Shown here: piece after piece, positions 10,188-19,176 of the stretch
Position numbering within the stretch: position 1 is the stretch's first letter
Layout: each line of letters begins with the position of its first letter
NCBI GenBank assembly: GCA_031425615.1
Contig: JANPJR010000030.1
Location: 18,492 to 82,491, forward strand
Source of the DNA: Cytophagales bacterium
Lineage (GTDB): Bacteria > Bacteroidota > Bacteroidia > Cytophagales > Microscillaceae
DNA length: 64,000 nt
Reading direction: 5' to 3'
The notes under the pieces: generated by a model
What the model saw: only the letters and a program-made list of their open reading frames with translations
Told to the model about the DNA's origin: nothing
The model's database searches: none
Translations under genes and position numbers: made by a program

Positions 10188-10421
10188 GGTTATGAATTAT
10201 AGATTATAAATTGAACAGCCAAATTTTTAATTTGTAATTTACAATCCTAAAAACTTGTTAAAACTAAACATTTTTTCTATTTTTATGGGAAAAGTGTAAT
10301 TTTATACTGATTTTTTTTGTATAATATAAACAAGTCATTATTATTTTTACATAAACCTTATATGTGATTTTTTTACACATTTTTTTATACAATTCTCCCA
10401 CAATATTTCCATTATTTCAAT

Positions 10422-10931
10422 ATGAAAAAAATATTTCTCCCACTTACATTTATCGCCTTGATAATTGCTACATTTCTTTTTGCTTTTTCACCAAAAACAA
10501 CAGAAAGCGTAAATAAAACAACTGAAAATACAAATATAGATGCTGAACCACAAAATATTGTTTGGCTCACAAACTACAAAGAGGCAGTAAAAAAAGCAAA
10601 AAAAGAGAAAAAACGCCTTTTATTGAATTTTACAGGCTCAGATTGGTGTGGGTGGTGCATTCGTTTAGATAAAGAAGTTTTCAAAAAAACAGACTTTGTA
10701 ACTTATGCTAACAAAAATTTGGTGTGTGTGAAACTTGATTTCCCACGCAAAAAAGTCCTCCCACAAGCAGAGCAGAACCAAAATAATGAGCTCCAAAGCA
10801 AATACAACATAGAAGGATATCCTTCAATATTGATTTTGGACAGTAGTGAAAAAGTATTGCTTACAACAGGATATGTAGAAGGCGGTTCAAAAAATTATAT
10901 TGAACACATTGAAAGCGGGTCAAAAAAATAA
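10422..10931 (+). CDS. Secreted thioredoxin-fold protein (CxxC = CGWC)
   Basis: Signal peptide. LLNFTGSDWCGWCIRLDKEVF is a typical thioredoxin-like active-site context. Confidence 0.7.
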   Translation: MKKIFLPLTFIALIIATFLFAFSPKTTESVNKTTENTNIDAEPQNIVWLTNYKEAVKKAKKEKKRLLLNFTGSDWCGWCIRLDKEVFKKTDFVTYANKNLVCVKLDFPRKKVLPQAEQNQNNELQSKYNIEGYPSILILDSSEKVLLTTGYVEGGSKNYIEHIESGSKK

Positions 10932-11036
10932 TTTTTTGAATTTGGTTTTTTTTATTTTTTAACGGTTATTTTTGCAAAGGCAGGAGAAATTTGTTTTTCC
11001 TGTCTTTTTAGTTTTTAATCTTAATTTTGTACAAAT

Positions 11037-11699
11037 TTGAAAGCGTTATTCAAAAAAAATCCTGTTTTTTTTTTCTTGTGTTTTTTATGGTGGACAGTAG
11101 GCGGAATTTTAATCCTCAATACAGAAAAAGGTACTTGGGAACTTTGGGTAAATCGTCATTATATGCCTTTTTTCAATACATTTTTTATGTATTTTACGCA
11201 CATAGGCGATGGATTGACATTTGCGATAGTCAATGTATTTTTGTGCTTTTTTGTGTATATGAAAGATCGAAAAAATACGCTTAAATTTTTTATTTTTGCT
11301 TTTTCGTCTTTTATCTTGACAGGACTTTTTACCCAATTTATCAAAAACTTTATATTTCCTGAGGCAGTTCGTCCTTCGGTAGAGTTGGCACATTATTTTT
11401 TACAACCTATTGCGGGTTTGGAATGGCAGGAATACAATAGTTTTCCATCTGGACATAGCACAAGCGTTTTTTCTATGGCATTTGTATTGTTGATTACTTT
11501 TTGTAGCAATAAAAATAATACTGAAAACCAATATAAAATTATTTTTTTTAATATTTTATTTGCGTCTGTGGCAATATTGGGAGCGTTTTCACGCATGTAT
11601 TTATTGCAACATTTTTTGGTGGATATTTATGTGGGAAGTTTGATTGGTTTTTGGGGGAGTATGGGAATTTGGGTGTGGATAAAACCAAAATTGGCATAA
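11037..11699 (+). CDS. PAP2-family membrane phosphatase
   Basis: The PAP2 motifs are present in order: FIKNFIFPEAVRP (KxxxxxxRP), PSGHS, and SRMYLLQHFLVDIYVG (SRxxxxxHxxxD). Multiple TM helices. The start is a TTG in the track ORF, so the start is uncertain. Confidence 0.75.
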   Translation: MKALFKKNPVFFFLCFLWWTVGGILILNTEKGTWELWVNRHYMPFFNTFFMYFTHIGDGLTFAIVNVFLCFFVYMKDRKNTLKFFIFAFSSFILTGLFTQFIKNFIFPEAVRPSVELAHYFLQPIAGLEWQEYNSFPSGHSTSVFSMAFVLLITFCSNKNNTENQYKIIFFNILFASVAILGAFSRMYLLQHFLVDIYVGSLIGFWGSMGIWVWIKPKLA

Positions 11700-11709
11700 A
11701 AAAAAACTC

Positions 11710-12843
11710 CTACAATCCCAGCTTAAACTGTATTTCTCTGTAATCCGAATACATTACCCCAAACATCTGTAAAGTAGAATAATCACGGTCAAACATTTCC
11801 AAGAAAATGTATTTATCCGAACACAAATCCAAACTTTTTTGGTAGCTTTCCAATGCGTCTTTGAGGTTTTGATTACAGAGATACACATGCCCCAAACACA
11901 TAAAATAGCTAAAATCTGAGTATGGATAGGCTTTTGTATATTCATATAGATAGGTAAAAGTACGTTCTACATCACGCATTTTGAAATAAATTTTACCTAA
12001 AATCCCTTTGTGATTCGTTTCTTGTGGGTACTTAGTTTCATACAACAGCATATAATTGAGTGCTTGGTCAAACCTTTCTAAGTAAAACAAACATTCTGAT
12101 ATACAATACAAAACCCTTTTTTGTACTTCATTATCATCTATAAAACTTACGCTAAAAGGCACTTTTCCGATATTCTTGTATGCAGTTTCGTAGTGATAAA
12201 CTGCGGTTTGATACTCCTTTAAATTCAAATAACAATTACCCAAATGCTCAAAACCCCAAGCCTCGTCAGGTGCGTGTTGGGTGTATCTTTCCAAATAATT
12301 GATGGCTTTTTGGGTTTCTCTTTGCATCTCAAAAACATAACCCATTTGCCCCAAAAGCCATTTATCATCAGGAGTATTTTTTTCTAATGGATAAAAATAA
12401 CTGAGTGCTTCGTTGTATTCGTTCAACATCAAATAGCAATGCCCCATTTGTTGCAAGCCCCAAGTATCATTTTTATCCTGTTTTTTGCGTATATTTTCTG
12501 CTTTTTTGTGGTATTTGAGTGCTTCTGTATATCGTTTATTTTGTTGAAGGCAATACCCAACATGGTCAATATTCCAAAGATAATTTGGATTTGCATCAAA
12601 AGACGCTTGATGAAATTTTAAAGCGGTAACATAGTCGCCAAATTGCTGATAACAATACCCTATGCTCCCTAATGTCCAATCATTGTTAGGATTTAGATAA
12701 TCTGCTCTTTCCAACCATTCAAGAGATTTTTTGTAATCCAGCAACATTGTGTAAGCATGTCCAATATGTTGGGCATAGTGTGCATTCTCAGGATTACCTT
12801 CATACAATTCTAAGTAATGCTTTAATGATTCTTCGTAAGTCAT
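11710..12843 (-). CDS. Tetratricopeptide-repeat (TPR) protein
   Basis: Repeated 34-aa W/Y-L-G-Y-A-F-P patterns (GHAYTMLLDYKKSLEWLERADYLNPNN..., LGNCYLNLKEYQTAVYHYETAY...). ATG at 12843. The track ORF starts at TTG 12915. Confidence 0.7.
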   Translation of the reverse strand: MTYEESLKHYLELYEGNPENAHYAQHIGHAYTMLLDYKKSLEWLERADYLNPNNDWTLGSIGYCYQQFGDYVTALKFHQASFDANPNYLWNIDHVGYCLQQNKRYTEALKYHKKAENIRKKQDKNDTWGLQQMGHCYLMLNEYNEALSYFYPLEKNTPDDKWLLGQMGYVFEMQRETQKAINYLERYTQHAPDEAWGFEHLGNCYLNLKEYQTAVYHYETAYKNIGKVPFSVSFIDDNEVQKRVLYCISECLFYLERFDQALNYMLLYETKYPQETNHKGILGKIYFKMRDVERTFTYLYEYTKAYPYSDFSYFMCLGHVYLCNQNLKDALESYQKSLDLCSDKYIFLEMFDRDYSTLQMFGVMYSDYREIQFKLGL

Positions 12844-12957
12844 AGTTTTAGCCCCAAAGGGAATTAATGCCTTTAATTGAGAAATTTGGAAATTTATTAC
12901 TGAAAAAACTGACAACTGAATTAACTAATTACTGAAAAAACTGATTACTGAATAAAC

Positions 12958-13338
12958 TTATTTATACACAATTACCTCCTCATGTGTAACATTAAGTTTA
13001 GTAAGTGCGGTTTGGTAAAATTCATATTCTTCCTGATTTTGATGGTCAAATACATCAGAAGATGTATCTGTATCAAGCACTTTTTTAAGCCAATATACTG
13101 CCTTTACACGATTTTTTTGATTTTCATCTTTTAGTTTTTCAAAAATATTGTGGCGAAATATATTAATATCCAAATCTCTTGCATAACCTATGATGTCTTT
13201 ATATTCTTCTGTGGAAAGCGGTGTTTCTTCACTTGTCAAATCTACAAGCAGTCTTTTCTCGTCATCTTGCAATTTGCCATCTGCTTTGGCACCAAGTAGC
13301 ATTAGACCAAAAACTGCTTGATTGTAATTGATTTCCAT
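12958..13338 (-). CDS. TerB-like (tellurite-resistance TerB / DjlA-N type) small protein
   Basis: VFGLMLLGAKADGKLQDDEKRLL fits the TerB-domain pattern (a.ADG.i...E...l). 126 aa. Confidence 0.45.
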   Translation of the reverse strand: MEINYNQAVFGLMLLGAKADGKLQDDEKRLLVDLTSEETPLSTEEYKDIIGYARDLDINIFRHNIFEKLKDENQKNRVKAVYWLKKVLDTDTSSDVFDHQNQEEYEFYQTALTKLNVTHEEVIVYK

Positions 13339-13759
13339 TGTGTTGTTTTTTGGTAAAAGTTTTTTTGATAAGTTTTTTTTAGTGCTTAATTTTTAGTAAA
13401 TATATTTAATATAAAATCAAAAAACAAATAATTTTCTCAAAAAACATATTTGAAAAGCAAACACTTTGAATTTTAAAAACGTTTTAAAATTTGAAGGTAT
13501 TTAGTCCCAAAGACGCATAAATAATACAAAAAAAACAAGCAAAATATAATTTATCTTTTTTTTAACAAAAAAATCAACAAAATTTTATTTGGTTTATTTT
13601 GTTTTCCCTAAAAAAAATCCTAATTTCACACAAAATATTTACAAAAACCATAAAACGCATTTTAGGCATTACACATAGCCTTATTTATTTTGTTCCTTTA
13701 CTTCCTTTACTTCCTTTACATATTTTATTGACTTTATTTTATTTCATTAATTTTATTTT

Positions 13760-14917
13760 ATGCAAGCAGACATTTTAGAAAATCGCCAAGAAATCATTGA
13801 TGGTATCGCAGAAAGTACCAAAGATTTTGCAGAAAAACACATTCTTCCTTATGTCATGGAATGGGACGAATCACAAGCCTTTCCCGTAGAAACATTTAGA
13901 AAAATGGGGGAAATGGGACTTATGGGTATGATTGTGCCTACCGAATATGGCGGAAGTGGATTGGGGTATAGAGAATATGTAACAGGCATTGTAGAAATCT
14001 CAAAAATAGACCCTTCTATTGGCTTGTCTATGGCTGCACATAATTCACTTTGCACCAATCATATATTAATGTTTGGCAATGAAAGCCAAAAACAAAATTA
14101 TCTTCCAAAACTTGCTTCTGGCGAATGGATAGGTGCATGGGGACTTACTGAGCCAAATACAGGCTCTGATGCAGGCAATATGCGTACTGTCGCAGTAAAA
14201 GATGGCGAATATTGGATAATAAACGGAGCAAAAAATTTTATTACACATGGTAAATCAGGCAATGTAGCGGTGGTGATTGTGCGTACAGGCGAAGTAGGCG
14301 ATTCACATGGCATGACTGCTTTTATCATTGAAAAAGGTACAAAAGGTTTTACAAGTGGCAGAAAAGAAAATAAACTTGGTATGCGTGCTTCTGAAACTGC
14401 GGAATTGATTTTCCAAGATTGTCGCATACATGAAAGCCAAATGTTGGGCAAAGTAGGCGAAGGTTTTATACAATCTATGAAAATCCTTGATGGCGGGCGT
14501 ATTTCTATCGCAGCATTATCATTGGGTATTGCAAAAGGTGCCTACAATCATGCTTTGCAATATGCCAAAGAAAGACATCAATTTAATCAACCTATTGCCA
14601 AATTCCAAGCGATTGGTTTCAAATTGGCAGACATGGCTACTGAAATAGATGCGTCTGAATTGCTTATTTTGCGTGCTTGCGACCTTAAAGATGCCCACAA
14701 ACCTGTAACAAAAGAATCTGCTATGGCAAAATATTTTGCTTCTGAGGTTTGTGTAAGAGTTGCCAACGAAGCAGTACAGATATTTGGTGGTTATGGTTTT
14801 ACAAAGGATTTCCCAGTAGAAAAATATTATCGTGATTGCAAACTTTGTACGATTGGTGAAGGTACTTCTGAAATCCAAAAACTTGTAATTTCAAGAGATA
14901 TTTTAAAAAATAATTAG
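13760..14917 (+). CDS. Acyl-CoA dehydrogenase (short/butyryl-CoA type), paralog 1
   Basis: Full-length ACAD with GLMGMIVPTEYGGSG, FIIEKGTKGF, the catalytic-base region YRDCKLCTIGEGTSEIQKLVISR, and a FAD-binding pattern. About 60% similar to the 30503..31642 product. Confidence 0.9.
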   Translation: MQADILENRQEIIDGIAESTKDFAEKHILPYVMEWDESQAFPVETFRKMGEMGLMGMIVPTEYGGSGLGYREYVTGIVEISKIDPSIGLSMAAHNSLCTNHILMFGNESQKQNYLPKLASGEWIGAWGLTEPNTGSDAGNMRTVAVKDGEYWIINGAKNFITHGKSGNVAVVIVRTGEVGDSHGMTAFIIEKGTKGFTSGRKENKLGMRASETAELIFQDCRIHESQMLGKVGEGFIQSMKILDGGRISIAALSLGIAKGAYNHALQYAKERHQFNQPIAKFQAIGFKLADMATEIDASELLILRACDLKDAHKPVTKESAMAKYFASEVCVRVANEAVQIFGGYGFTKDFPVEKYYRDCKLCTIGEGTSEIQKLVISRDILKNN

Positions 14918-14944
14918 GAATTAGGAATTTTTTGTCATTCCGCT
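14913..14944. repeat. Heptamer repeat (AATTAGG)x2 + GAATTTTTTGTCATT overlapping the stop codon of the acyl-CoA DH gene
   Basis: Direct reading. The same element with one more heptamer occurs at 47781..47817. Confidence 0.8.
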
Positions 14945-15235
14945 TACTGCTACACATCTTTTTAGGATTTAAAAAAAAGCACTTTGAAACGATTTAAACA
15001 TAATATTTTTAATCACGTTTTTCAAAAAATTGGGTCTGTACCATAGTTTACGGAGGTCTGACCATGATTTTTTGAAAAATTACAAACTGCTAACAATGTT
15101 AAACACAATATTTATTTTAGTTTTTCAAAGAAACGTATTATTTTTTAGTAAAACCTATTTAAAAAAAGCCTTTTCCCTGCGTTTTGAATGTGTTTTTTTT
15201 AATCTGTATAGTAGTAAGCATTTTTTTATAAATAC
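14945..15235 (+). mobile_element. MITE-like non-autonomous element, copy 1 (~290 bp, ~16-bp terminal inverted repeats GCTTACTGCTACACAT ... CTGTATAGTAGTAAGC)
   Basis: About 93% identical over ~280 bp to the reverse complement of 63283..63573. The core is GGGTCTGTACCATAGTTTACGGAGGTCTGACC. The termini are inverted repeats of each other. No ORF of its own; the 78-aa track ORF inside is not credible. Confidence 0.55.
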
Positions 15236-15305
15236 CAAAAACATAAAAAAACACATCAAAAATTGATTTTGATGTGTTTTTTTATATATGAATGACCGCT
15301 AAAAA

Positions 15306-16376
15306 TTAGCGATTACGATTGAGCAATTCTTTTTTGAGTTTGTCAATGAGTTCAGGTTGGCTTACAGGTTTGAGTTCAGATTTTTCCATTTGGTTATCAA
15401 AAAACTCATAAAACTGTTTATCATAATACAAGAAATGGCGTTTATTACCTTTTTCGTCTAAGTGTAATTCTGTGCCTCTTACATTTTTGCTATAAACAAA
15501 CAATTTACCGCTATAATATTGATACAACAGTTTGTGTCCTTGTGTATCATTTTCAAGCGTTTTATCCAGTTTTCCATCAAAAATACCTAAATCATTGTCT
15601 TTTTTAGACATTTGATAAGTATTGTTGTTAGGATTTGTAGATACATTTACGTTGGCTTGTTGTTCGTTGCTTGTGTTGTTGTTGTCTTTTGTCCTTACTT
15701 TCATGTTTGAAAGCGTAATTGCTTTTTGATTGATTGAACGATTTACACTGCTTACTGAAATGTCCAATGGCTCAGTAATTATAGGTGTATTTTTTGCCCT
15801 AAAATTATTATTATTTATGGCAATGTTTTTCGTTTCCTCTTTTACAGTGTTAAAAATATTAGTTTCATTTACATTCGCTACTACATTTTTAACTGTATTT
15901 CCTATTGTATTTTTTGTTGTGTTTTCTATTGTTGTGTTTTCTGTTGGTGCGATTACAATATTTTCCTTTACTGTATTTTTACTACTTGTATTTTGTACAT
16001 TATTTGTTGTTTGTTGTATTTTTTGAGCAGATGAAAATATAAAATATTCTTTGTATTCATCAAAATACACAAGCATTGAAGTCATCACGCCAGCAATCAT
16101 AAGCGAACCTATAAGTGCAGTACGTGGCACATTGAATATCGTATTAGGAGATTCTACATCTATGGTGCTAAGGTGAGCTTTGAGTTCTTTTTTGCGTGCT
16201 TCTTGTGCCATGTCCCTAAGCGCTTCTTCCATTTGAACTTCTTCTTTGAGTTCAGGATTGGCGTTCATGAGGTCTTGAAAAGCAACACGCGCATCATCAG
16301 GAAGTGTATCATTGATGAAAGCATCTTTCAATTCTTCTTGGGACATTTGATTGTAGATTGATTTGTGATAATTCAT
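15306..16376 (-). CDS. Anti-sigma factor (single-pass membrane protein) cognate to the upstream ECF sigma
   Basis: Lies immediately downstream of the ECF sigma gene. ~75-aa cytoplasmic N-domain, one TM (ALIGSLMIAGVMTSMLVYF), an Asn/Thr-rich low-complexity periplasmic stretch, and a C-terminal domain. Confidence 0.55.
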   Translation of the reverse strand: MNYHKSIYNQMSQEELKDAFINDTLPDDARVAFQDLMNANPELKEEVQMEEALRDMAQEARKKELKAHLSTIDVESPNTIFNVPRTALIGSLMIAGVMTSMLVYFDEYKEYFIFSSAQKIQQTTNNVQNTSSKNTVKENIVIAPTENTTIENTTKNTIGNTVKNVVANVNETNIFNTVKEETKNIAINNNNFRAKNTPIITEPLDISVSSVNRSINQKAITLSNMKVRTKDNNNTSNEQQANVNVSTNPNNNTYQMSKKDNDLGIFDGKLDKTLENDTQGHKLLYQYYSGKLFVYSKNVRGTELHLDEKGNKRHFLYYDKQFYEFFDNQMEKSELKPVSQPELIDKLKKELLNRNR

Positions 16377-16514
16377 TTTTCAAGTAGTAGTTATAATAGT
16401 GGTGATGGCGTGTTTTTTAGTTGTACATGTTTCGGTTGTTAGTTTTTCCAGTTGTTAGTTTCTTTTATTAATCATTAAATACTGATTTACTGAAAAAATT
16501 TATTACTAATCTTT

Positions 16515-17069
16515 TTAATCTAAGAAATCGCTTGCTTTATAATTCGCTTTGATGTATTCGTCCAGTTCTTTTTTGCATTTATATTTTTTTGTTTTAGCAG
16601 TATCTGCGTTGGCAAATCCAAGTTTTTCTGCAATTTCTTGCATGGAATAATTATCAAAATAATAATACATGAGGACTTTTTTGCAGGTTTCTCCCAAACT
16701 ATTAAGGCATTTGGCTATAATATTATCACGTTCTTCTTTTTCAAAATCGTTGTATTCCCTTCCTTCCACCATTTCGCCTGATATTTTACTTTTGCGTTCC
16801 AATTCTTTACGCCATAGGTTTTGACATACGCTATATACGAATGTACTTATTTTGGAAGTAAGTACAAAGTCATCACGTCTTGCTTTTTGCCAAAAAATAA
16901 CAATAGCTTCTTGGTAGATGTCTTGTGCTTCTTCTTCTGTACCATTATTTTTGACAATCATTCTTGTCATCATTTTATAGTTTTTTTTATACAGATAATC
17001 CAAAACACTCTCATCTCCATTTTTTATCTTTTGGATAAGTTGGCTATCGCTCGGAGAGAAAAGACCCAT
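16515..17069 (-). CDS. RNA polymerase ECF-type sigma-70 factor
   Basis: Region 2 (DIYQEAIVIFWQKARRDDF...VYSVCQNLWRKEL) and region 4 HTH (LMYYYFDNYSMQEIAEKLGFANADTAKTKKYKCKKEL). Confidence 0.85.
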   Translation of the reverse strand: MGLFSPSDSQLIQKIKNGDESVLDYLYKKNYKMMTRMIVKNNGTEEEAQDIYQEAIVIFWQKARRDDFVLTSKISTFVYSVCQNLWRKELERKSKISGEMVEGREYNDFEKEERDNIIAKCLNSLGETCKKVLMYYYFDNYSMQEIAEKLGFANADTAKTKKYKCKKELDEYIKANYKASDFLD

Positions 17070-17527
17070 GTTATTGTGTTTTTATACAAAATACACACTG
17101 ATTGTAACTTCTTTTTGCAAAGAAATTATAATTTTCTTGATTTTATATAATAAATTTTGTGTTTTTTTTATAAAGACGAATCTTTTTAATAAAAAGTTGC
17201 CTTAAAGGTAGCATTTGTTTTTGAAATTACAAAAAAAAATAGAAAAATATTTTTATTATAAATGTTTTAACATATAATTTCCATGCTTTTTGTATGCTTT
17301 TTACACACCTTTTTATTTTTTTGTATACAAAATAAAATTATACAAAATAAAGTTATGCTCAAAAATTTACAATAATTATGGAAAACATACATAAATTTAC
17401 GCAAAAGTTTTATCGTTTTTTTTTTAATTTGAAATTTTTTAGAAACTTAATTTAAAAATTTTTATCTTTGCAAAAGTAATGATACATTAAAAATACTACT
17501 TTAAGTTTAAACCTTAAAATTTTAAAT

Positions 17528-18502
17528 GTGTTCTTCTTTAAATTTACAAAAAAATTAGTACAAAAATCCAGTAAAAAAGTAAAAACTTTGATAAAAAAAC
17601 CAACATATAAATACATTTCAACCGCTTGGTGGTACAAAAACCTCACACTCATCATACGTGATAGCACTACGTTGGAAGAAATACGCCAAATTACTTATAC
17701 ACCTTTCATTGTACTATTGATTGGAATTGGGTTGTCATTGCCTGTATTTATGGTGGGATTTTGGATTGCAAGTTTTGTGTATAGCCCCAAAAGTGTAATT
17801 GGAAAAGATGAAACTACCCGAAAACTCGTTGAAATGAACCTTACGATTGATTCTTTGGCACAAGATTTAAAAAAGAAAAATGATTTTATCATAAATTTAC
17901 AAAAATTGCTTTCAGGTGATGTTGCACACATGAAAGACGCACAAGGACAGGAAAAAAATGACCCAAAAGACACCTCAAAACATAACCACAACCACGCACA
18001 TCTCAAAAAACCTAATAAAGATTCTGTGAATATTGATAAAATTTCTGCCTCTGACCAAAAACTTAGACAAGAAATAGAAAAAAACGACAGAAGTTTGGCA
18101 GGAATTGGCGGAGTAAGTAATATTGATTTGCAAAATATTTTCCTGTTTAATCCACTCAAAGGACTTATTACAGAAAAATATAACCCAAAAGATAAACATT
18201 TTGGTGTGGATATCGTAGCAGAAAAAGATGCACCTATAAAATCAGTAAATGAAGGAACGGTTATCATGGCTTCTTGGACTGATGATACGGGCTATGTAAT
18301 GATGATTCAACACGCCTCTAAGTTAATTTCAGTATATAAACATTGTTCTGTACTCCTCAAAAAAGCAGGCGATTTTGTGCAAACAGGCGAAATAATCGCT
18401 ATTATTGGCAACACAGGTGCTTTGACTTCAGGGCCACATTTGCATTTTGAACTTTGGTATGAAGGCACCGCCTTAAATCCAGAAAAAATGATAAGTTTTT
18501 AA
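17528..18502 (+). CDS. M23-family (LytM-type) metallopeptidase with N-terminal TM anchor
   Basis: C-terminal HFGVDIVAEKDAPIKSVNEGTV...GNTGALTSGPHLHFELWYEG (HxxxD and HLH zinc motifs of M23). The start is a GTG in the track ORF and is uncertain. Confidence 0.8.
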   Translation: MFFFKFTKKLVQKSSKKVKTLIKKPTYKYISTAWWYKNLTLIIRDSTTLEEIRQITYTPFIVLLIGIGLSLPVFMVGFWIASFVYSPKSVIGKDETTRKLVEMNLTIDSLAQDLKKKNDFIINLQKLLSGDVAHMKDAQGQEKNDPKDTSKHNHNHAHLKKPNKDSVNIDKISASDQKLRQEIEKNDRSLAGIGGVSNIDLQNIFLFNPLKGLITEKYNPKDKHFGVDIVAEKDAPIKSVNEGTVIMASWTDDTGYVMMIQHASKLISVYKHCSVLLKKAGDFVQTGEIIAIIGNTGALTSGPHLHFELWYEGTALNPEKMISF

Positions 18503-18580
18503 GTTAGGTTTTTTCAGTTAATTCAGTAATACGTTTTTTAATTTAAAAATAAATACCCAAATAATATAAATAATACAGCT

Positions 18581-19036
18581 ATGGCAAATTTTTTCGGTGG
18601 AAATAAAGAAAAAGAAACCGTTGCAAGCAATACAAACGATTTTAGCAACGCAAATACACACGTAGCCAAAGGTGCTACTTTCAGAGGTGATATTGAAATT
18701 CAAGGCACACTCCGTATTGAAGGGCGTGTAATTGGTAATGTAAAAGGCAAAGGTAAAATAAGTCTTGGCGATTCTGCACTTGTAGAAGGCAATATTTATG
18801 CACAAAGTGCAGACATTGCAGGCGAAGTAAAAGGTATCTTGGAAATCATAGATATCCTCACGCTCAAAGCTACCGCACAAGTGCATGGCGATTTGATTTG
18901 TGGAAAACTGGTGGTGGAATCTGGTGCAAAATTTAATGGTAAATGCCAAATGGGTGCACCTTTACCTAATCTTAATAATAATTTTCCAAATTTGAATAAG
19001 GAAAAAGATAATAAACTTGCTGATATTAAAATATAA
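18581..19036 (+). CDS. ccmA: Bactofilin (CcmA-like polymer-forming cytoskeletal protein)
   Basis: Beta-helical repeat pattern typical of DUF583: GTLRIEGRVIGNVKGKGKISLGDSALVEGNIYAQSADIAGEVKGILEI...VHGDLICGKLVVESGAKFNG. Confidence 0.85.
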   Translation: MANFFGGNKEKETVASNTNDFSNANTHVAKGATFRGDIEIQGTLRIEGRVIGNVKGKGKISLGDSALVEGNIYAQSADIAGEVKGILEIIDILTLKATAQVHGDLICGKLVVESGAKFNGKCQMGAPLPNLNNNFPNLNKEKDNKLADIKI

Positions 19037-19065
19037 GCAAATTTGTTGGTTTTTGTAAATTTATA

Positions 19066-19104
19066 AAAAAAAAACGGTCAGCATGAGAGTCTGACCGTTT
19101 TTTT
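19066..19104. terminator. Bidirectional rho-independent terminator between the bactofilin (+) and OmpA-family (-) genes
   Basis: aaaaaaaaaacggtcag-catgagag-tctgaccgttttttttt: a GC-rich 8-bp stem flanked by an A-run and a T-run. Confidence 0.6.
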
Positions 19105-19176
19105 TTATTTAAAATACCTACAATAACCTTTAACTGGAAAAATTGACAACTGAATTAACTGACAACTTTTCATTTT

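Noticed and set aside
15030-15266. 78-aa ORF inside the MITE-like element
   Set aside because: It is not conserved in the second copy's frame. It has an AT-rich Lys/Phe/Leu composition and no start context.
17695-18267. 190-aa minus-strand ORF inside the M23 peptidase gene
   Set aside because: It is antisense to a gene with clear M23 motifs and has a low-complexity Ser/Phe-rich translation.
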